A stretch of DNA of 37,037 nucleotides. It comes from a virus. Lineage: Duplodnaviria > Heunggongvirae > Uroviricota > Caudoviricetes. The stretch spans positions 1-37,037 of the IMG/VR virus record IMGVR_UViG_2541047915_000010; one strand, 5' to 3'. Below, in pieces: positions 17,760 through 26,099 of this stretch; positions within the stretch are counted from its first letter, which is position 1; the number at the start of each line of letters is the position of its first letter. The position numbers were made by a program, and so were the translations under genes. The notes under the pieces are model-generated. The model was given only the letters and a program-made list of their open reading frames with translations. It was not told where the DNA came from and did no database searches.

Positions 17760-18387
17760 GGCATTCACCCGCGTGGATGAAACCTTTGAGGCCATCCGCG
17801 ACAGCCTGAATCAGCAGGCCATCAATAACATCGCCAGAAAGCTGGCACAGGATTTACGCCGCGCCCAGCAGGCGCGTATCCGGTCACAGAAAGCGCCGGA
17901 CGGGACCGCGTGGACACCACGCAGACGCCGCGTAACCCGGATACAGGAACGCATTCGCTTTATCTGGAATAACGAAGCACGCACGCTGAAAAACTGGCAT
18001 CACGACACGGGGAAATACGGGCGAACCATCACCGGGTGGGATGAGGATAAAAACAATATCCGCACGTTTTACCGGGATGACATCGACCGTTTTCTGGAAA
18101 TACGCACCCGGCGCATCAACCAGGACAGCACAAAGCGCGTCCCCATGTTCGTAAAACTGCGCACCGCCCGCTACCTGAAAGCCCGTGCAGATGCTTCCGG
18201 TGTGACGGTGGGTTACAGCGGCGTGGCCGCACGTATTGCCCGCGTTCATCAGTTCGGTGAGCGCGATCAGGTTGCGCCGGGCATTTTCACCGATTACCCG
18301 GTACGTGAGCTGCTGGGTATCAGCCAGGCAGATGAGCGCCTGATTTATAACACGGTGCTGGGCCGGATTGCGGAGGCTGTACGGTGA
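17752..18387 (+). CDS. S: Tail completion protein S
   Basis: ATG at 17752 overlapping the R stop (GTG at 17743 is the alternative start); position as P2 gpS. Confidence 0.7.
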   Translation: MDKAFTRVDETFEAIRDSLNQQAINNIARKLAQDLRRAQQARIRSQKAPDGTAWTPRRRRVTRIQERIRFIWNNEARTLKNWHHDTGKYGRTITGWDEDKNNIRTFYRDDIDRFLEIRTRRINQDSTKRVPMFVKLRTARYLKARADASGVTVGYSGVAARIARVHQFGERDQVAPGIFTDYPVRELLGISQADERLIYNTVLGRIAEAVR

Positions 18388-18965
18388 GCGCAGAACTCAT
18401 GCGACTGCTGAGCAATATCATCCGCACCGGGATCATCTCTGAAGTTGATGAGAAGTCCTGGCGCGTGCGCGTTCGCAGCGGCGAACTGGAAACAGGCTGG
18501 CTGCGCTGGAACACCACGCGCGCGGGAGCCTTCAATGTGTGGCTGCCGCCATCACCAGGCGAACAGGTAGTAATTGCCTGCATTGGCGGCAACCCGGAAA
18601 CCGCCATGATAATTGGCAGCCTGTGGAGTGATGCCAGTCCGGCCCCCGGCAAAAGCCTGAAAGAAATCGTGATCAGCGCGCCGGACGGCGCGGTGTTCCG
18701 CTACGACGCGGACGCAGGCGCACTGAGCGCCAGCGGCATGAAAACGGCCACTTTACAGGCATCCGTCAGCGTGAAACTGGACACGCCCGTCGTGGAATGC
18801 ACAAACCTTCTGAGAACGGCGACGCTTGACGTCACAAAAGGAGGAAAGATGAGCGGCAATATCACGCACAGCGGCGGCAACTTCACCTCAAACGGCATTA
18901 CCGTGCATACGCATAAACACGGTGGCGTGAAAGGCGGCAGCGATTCGACAGGAGGCCCGCAGTGA
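18384..18965 (+). CDS. V: Baseplate assembly / spike protein V
   Basis: GTG start with cggaggc RBS; position and size as P2 gpV. Confidence 0.8.
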   Translation: MSAELMRLLSNIIRTGIISEVDEKSWRVRVRSGELETGWLRWNTTRAGAFNVWLPPSPGEQVVIACIGGNPETAMIIGSLWSDASPAPGKSLKEIVISAPDGAVFRYDADAGALSASGMKTATLQASVSVKLDTPVVECTNLLRTATLDVTKGGKMSGNITHSGGNFTSNGITVHTHKHGGVKGGSDSTGGPQ

Positions 18966-19312
18966 CAACCCGCTACACAGGAATGAATCCGGACGGGACG
19001 GGAAACCTGAACGATATGGAGCACCTGAAACAGTCAGTCAGGGATATCCTGACCACCCCGCTGGCAAGCCGGGTTATGCGACGGGAATATGGCAGCCTTG
19101 TGCCTGATTTGATTGACGAACCCATGAATAACACCACGCGTCTGCAATGCATGAGTGCTGCCGTGATTGCGCTGACACGATGGGAACCCCGCATTGCCCT
19201 GGACGCCATCGACGTTGTCTGGAAGGCAGGAGGCCGCGCCGGGGTGACGCTGTCGGGCACTGTCATGCAGACCATGCAGAATGTTGAATTAACCATCACG
19301 CTGAGAGAGTAA
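18962..19312 (+). CDS. W: Baseplate wedge protein W (gp25-like)
   Basis: 116 aa (P2 gpW about 115 aa); aggagg RBS. Confidence 0.8.
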   Translation: MTTRYTGMNPDGTGNLNDMEHLKQSVRDILTTPLASRVMRREYGSLVPDLIDEPMNNTTRLQCMSAAVIALTRWEPRIALDAIDVVWKAGGRAGVTLSGTVMQTMQNVELTITLRE

Positions 19313-19315
19313 ATC

Positions 19316-20212
19316 ATGCCTGCCGTTGACCTTTCCCAGTTACCGGAACCCGCCATCATCGCGGAGCCTGACTTTGAGGCAATTCTGGCTGACACAAAGG
19401 CCATGATGATTGCGTCCTATCCTGCCGAACAGCGTGAAGCCGTCTCCGCCGCGCTGGAGCTGGAATCGGAACCCCTGAACGTTATCGCTCAAACCATGTC
19501 TTTTCGTGAAATGCTGTTACGCCAGCGGGTTAACGAGGGCGCACGCGCCTGCATGTTAAGCCACGGTTCAGGGACAAACCTGGACAACCTCGCGGGCAAT
19601 ATGAACACAAAGCGCCTGGTTATCACTCCGGCAACGGATACCACCGACGCGGTGATGGAGAGCGACACCTCGCTGAGATTGCGGGCGCAGCGGGCGTACG
19701 ACGGCCTGAGTGTTGCTGGCCCGTCAGGCGCATACGAGTATTTTGCACGCAGCGCCAGCGGTCTGGTGCGTGATGCGCGGGCCATCAGCCCGTCTCCGGC
19801 CTGTGTGACGGTTTCCATCCTGTCCACTGAAGGCGACGGCACAGCAACGGAGGCGTTGCTTAATACCATTCGCGCCGTTCTGAATGCAGAGGATACCCGC
19901 CCGGTGGCCGACCGCCTGACCGTACAGAGCGCCAGAATCGTGACATGGCGGCTGAATGCAAAACTGTACTTTTACCCCGGCCCGGAATCCGAACCTATTC
20001 TGGCCGCGGCTGAATCGTCGTTCAGGAAGTGGCTGGCTGAGCAGGGGCTTATCGGTCAGGACGTGGCGTTGTCCGCCATTGCTGCCGCACTGCATGTGCA
20101 CGGTGTGCAACGCGTGGAGATAATCGAACCCACACAGAATATGGCCATCAGCGACATACAGGCGGCGCGCTGTGAGTCATTCACCATCAGCGAAGGTGGG
20201 CGCAATGAGTAA
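19316..20212 (+). CDS. J: Baseplate protein J
   Basis: 298 aa (P2 gpJ about 302 aa); synteny W-J-I-H. Confidence 0.85.
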   Translation: MPAVDLSQLPEPAIIAEPDFEAILADTKAMMIASYPAEQREAVSAALELESEPLNVIAQTMSFREMLLRQRVNEGARACMLSHGSGTNLDNLAGNMNTKRLVITPATDTTDAVMESDTSLRLRAQRAYDGLSVAGPSGAYEYFARSASGLVRDARAISPSPACVTVSILSTEGDGTATEALLNTIRAVLNAEDTRPVADRLTVQSARIVTWRLNAKLYFYPGPESEPILAAAESSFRKWLAEQGLIGQDVALSAIAAALHVHGVQRVEIIEPTQNMAISDIQAARCESFTISEGGRNE

Positions 20213-20813
20213 TTCGTTGTTACCACCATCAGCCAGCAATTTCATGCGTTGTGCCGAAGCCGTCGGAACACGCATTACAGACATTCCGGTAGACCTCAAC
20301 ACGCTGTGGTCGCCGGACACCTGCCCGGTGCATCTGCTGCCTTATCTCGCCTGGGCGTTTTCCGTTGACCGCTGGGATCGCAACTGGCCGGAAGAGACAA
20401 AGCGACAGGTGATTCGTGATGCATGGCTGATACACCGACACAAAGGGACCATCAGCGCACTGCGAAGAGCCGTGGAGCCTCTCGGTTACCTGATTGAAGT
20501 AAAGGAGTGGTGGCAACTCAACGAGGAGCCGGGAACATTTCGCATTGTTGTCGGAGTACTTGATCAGGGCATCACCGATGAAATGTATCAGGAACTTGAG
20601 CGCCTTATTGCGGATGCAAAACCAGTAAGTCGCCATCTGACGGGGCTGGCGATCAGCCTGAGTGTGAACGGAAAGATTTTCGTTGGTACGGGATGCTATC
20701 ACGGCGATGCCCTGACGGTTTATCCCTACACCCCGGAGTCCATTATTGTCGAAGGGGACTATTTCCCTGCCCCGGCCATTCATTTAATTGATAATCTGAG
20801 AGTAAACGCATGA
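20205..20813 (+). CDS. I: Baseplate protein I
   Basis: ORF 20172-20813 trimmed to the ATG at 20205 (RBS gaaggtggg), overlapping the J stop. Confidence 0.8.
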   Translation: MSNSLLPPSASNFMRCAEAVGTRITDIPVDLNTLWSPDTCPVHLLPYLAWAFSVDRWDRNWPEETKRQVIRDAWLIHRHKGTISALRRAVEPLGYLIEVKEWWQLNEEPGTFRIVVGVLDQGITDEMYQELERLIADAKPVSRHLTGLAISLSVNGKIFVGTGCYHGDALTVYPYTPESIIVEGDYFPAPAIHLIDNLRVNA

Positions 20814-22375
20814 CAGTGAAATACTACGCCATTCTGACTAATCAGGGCGCGGCACGACTGGCTAACGCGACGATGCTCGGCAGTAAGCTGAATCTGACGC
20901 AAATGGCCGTTGGTGATGCAAATGGTGTGTTACCAACACCAGACCCTGCACAAACAAAACTGATTAACCAGAAACGCATTGCACCGCTGAATCTTCTGAG
21001 TGTTGACCCTAACAATCAGAGCCAGATTATTGCGGAGCAAATCATCCCTGAAAACGAGGGAGGATTCTGGATCCGTGAGATTGGTCTTTATGATGATGAA
21101 GGTGTACTCATTGCGGTGGCAAACTGCCCGGAAACGTACAAACCGCAGTTGCAGGAAGGCAGTGGACGCACCCAGACTATCCGCATGATTCTGGTTGTCA
21201 CGAACACCGAAGCCATCACGCTGAAAATCGACCCGTCTGTGGTTCTGGCAACCCGCAAATATGTGGATGATAAAATATCAGAGCACGAACAATCACGACG
21301 TCACCCGGACGCCTCGCTGACCGTAAAAGGTTTTACTCAGTTAAGCAGTGCAATTAACAGTGAATCAGAAACACTGGCCGCAACACCGAAAGCGGTTAAG
21401 GCTGCATATGACCTGGCTAACGGGAAATATACCGCCCAGAACGCCACCACTACACAAAAAGGGATTGTTCAGCTCAGTAGCGCCACGAACAGCACGTCTG
21501 AAACGCTGGCAGCGACACCAAAAGCTGTTAAGGCGGTAATGGATGAAACGAACAAGAAAGCACCATTAAACAGCCCGGCACTGACCGGAACGCCAACAAC
21601 ACCAACAGCGCCACAGGGGACTAATAGTACCCAGATCGCAAGCACGGCTTTCGTTATGGCCGCGATTGCCGCACTTGTAGACTCGTCACCTGATGCACTG
21701 AACACGCTGAACGAACTGGCTGCGGCGCTGGGCAATGACCCGAATTTTGCGACCACCATGACTAACGCGCTTGCGGGTAAGCAACCGAAGGATGCCACCC
21801 TGACGGCGCTGGCGGAGCTTGCTACATCAGCAGATAAACTCCCATATTTTACAGGGGCAGATCGTGCCGCGTTAACCGCGTTGACAAGTGTTGGACGTGC
21901 CATTCTTGGCAAAACCAGCACTCAGGGAGTTCTTGATTACCTTGGTTTGGGGGAAGGCTCTGCACTGCCCGTTGGTGTACCCGTTCCGTGGTCCTCAGCA
22001 ACACCACCAACGGGCTGGCTGAAATGTAACGGTGCAGCATTTTCTTCTGAAATGTATCCCAGACTGGCAAGGGCTTATCCCACCAATAAATTACCGGATT
22101 TACGCGGTGAATTTATCCGTGGCTGGGATGATGGGCGCGGGATTGATGCGGGACGTACCCTGCTTTCAGGGCAGGATGGTACAAGTTTTTCTCATTACGG
22201 AGGTAATTTCGACATTGGGTCTGGTCATTCAATCAATAACTATGACCAAATTGTTTCTAACCAACCAGGCTTTTCCCGTTTTTCATTTGCAGGGCCTTCA
22301 CGAGGCGATGGGGTTAATTATGTAACCATTCGTCCTCGTAATATTGCGTTTAATTACATCGTAAGGGCAGCATGA
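20810..22375 (+). CDS. H: Tail fibre protein H (constant N-terminal part fused in this orientation to variable cassette SvA)
   Basis: 521 aa; internal repeat SETLAATPKAVKA twice; C-terminal region begins at crossover site 1 and ends with the shared TIRPRNIAFNYIVRAA tail. Confidence 0.85.
   Translation: MTVKYYAILTNQGAARLANATMLGSKLNLTQMAVGDANGVLPTPDPAQTKLINQKRIAPLNLLSVDPNNQSQIIAEQIIPENEGGFWIREIGLYDDEGVLIAVANCPETYKPQLQEGSGRTQTIRMILVVTNTEAITLKIDPSVVLATRKYVDDKISEHEQSRRHPDASLTVKGFTQLSSAINSESETLAATPKAVKAAYDLANGKYTAQNATTTQKGIVQLSSATNSTSETLAATPKAVKAVMDETNKKAPLNSPALTGTPTTPTAPQGTNSTQIASTAFVMAAIAALVDSSPDALNTLNELAAALGNDPNFATTMTNALAGKQPKDATLTALAELATSADKLPYFTGADRAALTALTSVGRAILGKTSTQGVLDYLGLGEGSALPVGVPVPWSSATPPTGWLKCNGAAFSSEMYPRLARAYPTNKLPDLRGEFIRGWDDGRGIDAGRTLLSGQDGTSFSHYGGNFDIGSGHSINNYDQIVSNQPGFSRFSFAGPSRGDGVNYVTIRPRNIAFNYIVRAA
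21930..21955 (+). other. DNA-invertase crossover site 1 (hix/gix-like, 12-2-12) inside H
   Basis: ttcttgattacc TT ggtttgggggaa; resembles hixL as I recall it (TTCTTGAAAACC AA GGTTTTTGATAA); marks the constant/variable junction of H. Confidence 0.6.
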
Positions 22376-22394
22376 AAACGTTGGTTTGGGGGAA
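22369..22394 (+). other. DNA-invertase crossover site 2 (same orientation as site 1), overlapping the H stop codon
   Basis: agcatgaaaacg TT ggtttgggggaa; identical right half-site and core to site 1. Confidence 0.55.
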
Positions 22395-22862
22395 GGCTCT
22401 GCGTTGCCCGTTGGTGTGCCCGTTCCATGGCCCTCAGCCACGCCGCCAACGGGGTGGCTGAAATGTAACGGTGCAGCATTTTCTTCTGAAATGTATCCCA
22501 GACTGGCAAAGGCCTACCCCACCAATAAATTACCGGATTTACGCGGTGAATTTATCCGTGGCTGGGATGATGGGCGAGGAATTGATGCGGCACGCGCTTT
22601 ATTGAGCATTCAAAACGGGATGTTGGAAAAACACCGCCATATTGTTGTAGCTAACGATGGATATGACACAAAGGATGAATGGGAGTTGGCCACGATTTTC
22701 AAAAAAACATATACGCAAGGCAGCGGGCTTGATGCCACAAATACAGGAGGGAGTTTGATTCCATCACCAACGCTTCATTCACGAGGAAGTATTGGTAACA
22801 CAGGTGGTAGTGAAACCCGCCCCCGCAATATTGCATTTAACTATATCGTAAGGGCGGCTTAG
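22386..22862 (+). CDS. Promoterless alternative tail-fibre C-terminal cassette SvB
   Basis: Begins inside crossover site 2 in the same frame as H relative to the site (LGEGSALPVGVPVPW...); shares the conserved N- and C-terminal segments with SvA and has a different central region. Confidence 0.6.
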   Translation: MGEGSALPVGVPVPWPSATPPTGWLKCNGAAFSSEMYPRLAKAYPTNKLPDLRGEFIRGWDDGRGIDAARALLSIQNGMLEKHRHIVVANDGYDTKDEWELATIFKKTYTQGSGLDATNTGGSLIPSPTLHSRGSIGNTGGSETRPRNIAFNYIVRAA

Positions 22863-22868
22863 TTATAT

Positions 22869-23480
22869 TCAACTGGCTGCTGCCAGTGGTATTTCCGGCA
22901 AGTTGATATCTGGTGCCATGTTTATATCCATTGCGTTCAGCGCGTCTATATAATCCAGCACGGCATTAAGCCGGGTGGTTTCTGCCTGCGTCAACTTCCG
23001 CCCGGCCTGCAACTTCAACTGAATCAGACTTATGGAAGCCATTGCCGCATCAGCCAGTGACTGACGCTTGGTTTCTGCCGCTTCTACTGCGGCACGATGT
23101 TGTGCCTCAGTATCTGTCACCCATTTTTCACCATCCCATTTATCGTATGGTGTTAACGGGGCGATAGTGGTTGTATTTTTCGGGTAGTCACCCAGCGCCG
23201 TGATTTCTTCGGTGTTTCCCGTGTCAGTGCTATAGACGGTTTCACCACGATGGTCTGGCGCATACTCCCATGAACTTAAATTCTCCGAACGGCGGATAGC
23301 ATAGCCCGCTTTATGTGCGCCCGGGGCATCTAAACAGGAATTTGCCGGAATACCGACACCCACAGCAAGATATTCAGTTGATTCGGAAATATATTCCCGT
23401 GTCTCACCATCATAGTTATAAACGACGATGTTTCCTGCCTGTACGGCAATAAGGTCATCATTTAATATCGCGTTATTCAT
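22869..23480 (-). CDS. Tail fibre assembly chaperone (Tfa; P2 G / Mu U family), copy 1
   Basis: 203 aa; C-terminal ...LTQAETTRLNAVLDYIDALNAMDI...PEIPL is the Tfa signature; co-oriented with and downstream of cassette SvC. Confidence 0.75.
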   Translation of the reverse strand: MNNAILNDDLIAVQAGNIVVYNYDGETREYISESTEYLAVGVGIPANSCLDAPGAHKAGYAIRRSENLSSWEYAPDHRGETVYSTDTGNTEEITALGDYPKNTTTIAPLTPYDKWDGEKWVTDTEAQHRAAVEAAETKRQSLADAAMASISLIQLKLQAGRKLTQAETTRLNAVLDYIDALNAMDINMAPDINLPEIPLAAAS

Positions 23481-23875
23481 TATGCGGTTCTCACAATATA
23501 ATTGAAGGCAATATTGCGTGGGCGGGTTTCATTCCCCTCTGAGGATTCAGTTCTGTATTGACTGGTAAATCTACCGTTAATTGCACCTTGCCGGACGGCG
23601 TTATCTGTCGACAACAGACTATCCCCTCCTTTGTCATTTGGCACCAGCACCGTGTTATCCCACGCATCCCATGACCGAATATTATGATAATGACTTCCTG
23701 TTAACCACCCCTGCATGCTTAAGATGCCCCTTCCGGCATCCACCCCGCGCCCATCATCCCAGCCACGGATAAATTCACCGCGTAAATCCGGTAATTTATT
23801 GGTGGGATAAGCCCTTGCCAGTCTGGGATACATTTCAGAAGAAAATGCTGCACCGTTACATTTCAGCCAGCCCGT
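23480..23875 (-). CDS. Alternative tail-fibre C-terminal cassette SvC (inner, left copy)
   Basis: Minus-strand ORF 23480-23965; from TGWLKCNGAAFSSEMYP onward it is fibre-like, while the part above 23875 is read-through of the complementary arm. Confidence 0.5.
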   Translation of the reverse strand, partial: TGWLKCNGAAFSSEMYPRLARAYPTNKLPDLRGEFIRGWDDGRGVDAGRGILSMQGWLTGSHYHNIRSWDAWDNTVLVPNDKGGDSLLSTDNAVRQGAINGRFTSQYRTESSEGNETRPRNIAFNYIVRTA

Positions 23876-23879
23876 TGGT

Positions 23880-24308
23880 GTGCCCGTTCCATGGCCCTCA
23901 GCCACGCCGCCAACGGGGTGGCTGAAATGTAACGGTGCAGCATTTTCTTCTGAAATGTACCCCAATCTGGCAAAGGCCTACCCCACCAATAAATTACCGG
24001 ATTTACGCGGTGAATTTATCCGTGGCTGGGATGATGGGCGCGGGGTGGATGCCGGAAGGGGCATCTTAAGCATGCAGGGGTGGTTAACAGGAAGTCATTA
24101 TCATAATATTCGGTCATGGGATGCGTGGGATAACACGGTGCTGGTGCCAAATGACAAAGGAGGGGATAGTCTGTTGTCGACAGATAACGCCGTCCGGCAA
24201 GGTGCAATTAACGGTAGATTTACCAGTCAATACAGAACTGAATCCTCAGAGGGGAATGAAACCCGCCCACGCAATATTGCCTTCAATTATATTGTGAGAA
24301 CCGCATAA
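23880..24308 (+). CDS. Alternative tail-fibre C-terminal cassette SvC' (inner, right copy)
   Basis: 142-aa ORF identical to SvC over most of its length; followed by tfa copy 2. Confidence 0.5.
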   Translation: MPVPWPSATPPTGWLKCNGAAFSSEMYPNLAKAYPTNKLPDLRGEFIRGWDDGRGVDAGRGILSMQGWLTGSHYHNIRSWDAWDNTVLVPNDKGGDSLLSTDNAVRQGAINGRFTSQYRTESSEGNETRPRNIAFNYIVRTA

Positions 24309-24919
24309 TGAATAACGCGATATTAAATGATGACCTTATTGCCGTACAGGCAGGAAACATCGTCGTTTATAACTATGATGGTGAGACACGGGAATATATT
24401 TCCGAATCAACTGAATATCTTGCTGTGGGTGTCGGTATTCCGGCAAATTCCTGTTTAGATGCCCCGGGCGCACATAAAGCGGGCTATGCTATCCGCCGTT
24501 CGGAGAATTTAAGTTCATGGGAGTATGCGCCAGACCATCGTGGTGAAACCGTCTATAGCACTGACACGGGAAACACCGAAGAAATCACGGCGCTGGGTGA
24601 CTACCCGAAAAATACAACCACTATCGCCCCGTTAACACCATACGATAAATGGGATGGTGAAAAATGGGTGACAGATACTGAGGCACAACATCGTGCCGCA
24701 GTAGAAGCGGCAGAAACCAAGCGTCAGTCACTGGCTGATGCGGCAATGGCTTCCATAAGTCTGATTCAGTTGAAGTTGCAGGCCGGGCGGAAGTTGACGC
24801 AGGCAGAAACCACCCGGCTTAATGCCGTGCTGGATTATATAGACGCGCTGAACGCAATGGATATAAACATGGCACCAGATATCAACTTGCCGGAAATACC
24901 ACTGGCAGCAGCCAGTTGA
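24308..24919 (+). CDS. Tail fibre assembly chaperone (Tfa), copy 2
   Basis: 203-aa protein 100 percent identical to the minus-strand copy at 22869-23480 (track translations are identical). Confidence 0.75.
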   Translation: MNNAILNDDLIAVQAGNIVVYNYDGETREYISESTEYLAVGVGIPANSCLDAPGAHKAGYAIRRSENLSSWEYAPDHRGETVYSTDTGNTEEITALGDYPKNTTTIAPLTPYDKWDGEKWVTDTEAQHRAAVEAAETKRQSLADAAMASISLIQLKLQAGRKLTQAETTRLNAVLDYIDALNAMDINMAPDINLPEIPLAAAS

Positions 24920-24925
24920 ATATAA

Positions 24926-25405
24926 CTAAGCCGCCCTTACGATATAGTTAAATGCAATATTGCGGGGGCGGGTTTCACTACCACCTGTGTTACCAATACT
25001 TCCTCGTGAATGAAGCGTTGGTGATGGAATCAAACTCCCTCCTGTATTTGTGGCATCAAGCCCGCTGCCTTGCGTATATGTTTTTTTGAAAATCGTGGCC
25101 AACTCCCATTCATCCTTTGTGTCATATCCATCGTTAGCTACAACAATATGGCGGTGTTTTTCCAACATCCCGTTTTGAATGCTCAATAAAGCGCGTGCCG
25201 CATCAATTCCTCGCCCATCATCCCAGCCACGGATAAATTCACCGCGTAAATCCGGTAATTTATTGGTGGGGTAGGCCTTTGCCAGTCTGGGATACATTTC
25301 AGAAGAAAATGCTGCACCGTTACATTTCAGCCACCCCGTTGGCGGCGTGGCTGAGGGCCATGGAACGGGCACACCAACGGGCAGCGCAGAGCCTTCCCCC
25401 AAACC
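24926..25405 (-). CDS. Promoterless alternative tail-fibre C-terminal cassette SvB' (inverted copy of SvB)
   Basis: Minus-strand ORF 24926-25459; identical in protein sequence to SvB from GLGEGSALPVG to the C-terminus; abuts inverted crossover site 5 in frame. Confidence 0.6.
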   Translation of the reverse strand, partial: GLGEGSALPVGVPVPWPSATPPTGWLKCNGAAFSSEMYPRLAKAYPTNKLPDLRGEFIRGWDDGRGIDAARALLSIQNGMLEKHRHIVVANDGYDTKDEWELATIFKKTYTQGSGLDATNTGGSLIPSPTLHSRGSIGNTGGSETRPRNIAFNYIVRAA

Positions 25406-25419
25406 AACGTTTTCGTCTT
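25394..25419 (-). other. DNA-invertase crossover site 5 (inverted relative to sites 1 and 2)
   Basis: Plus strand ttcccccaaacc AA cgttttcgtctt, i.e. reverse complement aagacgaaaacg TT ggtttgggggaa. Confidence 0.6.
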
Positions 25420-25473
25420 TATCCCTACCTATACCAACTATGTATTTTTCACGAAACAAAGAGGATGTTTTTT

Positions 25474-26073
25474 ATGCAAATTGGCTATATTCGTGTGTCA
25501 ACAAATGACCAGAACACGGATTTACAACGCAATGCACTGAACTGCGCAGGATGTGAACTGATTTTTGAAGATAAAATCAGCGGAACGAAATCAGCCAGAC
25601 CGGGATTGAAAAAACTGCTCAGAACGCTATCAGAAGGAGATACGCTGGTTGTCTGGAAGCTGGACAGACTGGGCAGAAGTATGAAACACCTGATCACGCT
25701 TATTGAGGAATTGCGGGAAAAAGGTGTTAATTTCCGTAGCCTGACGGACAGCATTGACACATCAACACCCATGGGGCGTTTCTTTTTTCACGTCATGGGG
25801 GCTTTAGCCGAAATGGAACGTGAATTAATTGTAGAGCGTACACTGGCCGGGCTGGCAGCAGCACGCGCACAAGGACGCATTGGCGGACGTCGCCCGAAGT
25901 TGACAAAAGAACAACACGAGCAAATAGCGAGGCTGATTAAAAACGGTCATGACAGGAAACAACTGGCGATCATTTACGACATCGGCATATCGACGATTTA
26001 TCGTTATCACCCTGTAGGCGATATACAGGCTGAAGAAACAACCAGGCAGACTCAGGAAAATGAAAACCGCTAA
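25474..26073 (+). CDS. Serine DNA invertase (Hin/Gin/Cin/Pin family)
   Basis: ORF 25279-26073 trimmed to the ATG at 25474 (gagga RBS 9 nt upstream); MQIGYIRVSTNDQNTDLQRNAL... with catalytic Ser in RVST and a C-terminal HTH (GISTIYRY); about 199 aa. Confidence 0.9.
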   Translation: MQIGYIRVSTNDQNTDLQRNALNCAGCELIFEDKISGTKSARPGLKKLLRTLSEGDTLVVWKLDRLGRSMKHLITLIEELREKGVNFRSLTDSIDTSTPMGRFFFHVMGALAEMERELIVERTLAGLAAARAQGRIGGRRPKLTKEQHEQIARLIKNGHDRKQLAIIYDIGISTIYRYHPVGDIQAEETTRQTQENENR

Positions 26074-26093
26074 TCTGACCATTAGCGGTTTTG
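26062..26093. terminator. Bidirectional terminator between convergent invertase and U
   Basis: Perfect 12-bp stem aaaaccgctaat / attagcggtttt with loop ctgacc; A-run on one side and T-run on the other. Confidence 0.6.
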
Positions 26094-26099
26094 CGTTAA

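Larger units (their letters stand above)
22383..25405. repeat. Near-perfect inverted repeat of about 3 kb (two arms of about 1.5 kb) covering SvB / tfa / SvC and their mirror copies
   Basis: 22863-23874 is the reverse complement of 23913-24925 (identical Tfa and mirror ORFs); outer arms 22383-22862 and 24926-25405 are also mirror copies; centre of symmetry near 23894. Confidence 0.85.

Noticed and set aside
21930-22394. Possibility that direct-orientation sites 1 and 2 mark a deletion or resolution cassette
   Set aside because: Hin/Gin-family invertases are strongly biased toward inversion between inverted sites; the direct sites are better explained as alternative partners for the inverted site 5.
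23581-23772. 63-aa ORF, and its identical mirror at 24016-24207
   Set aside because: They lie antisense within the two SvC cassette copies; their identity simply reflects the palindrome and they have no coding signature.
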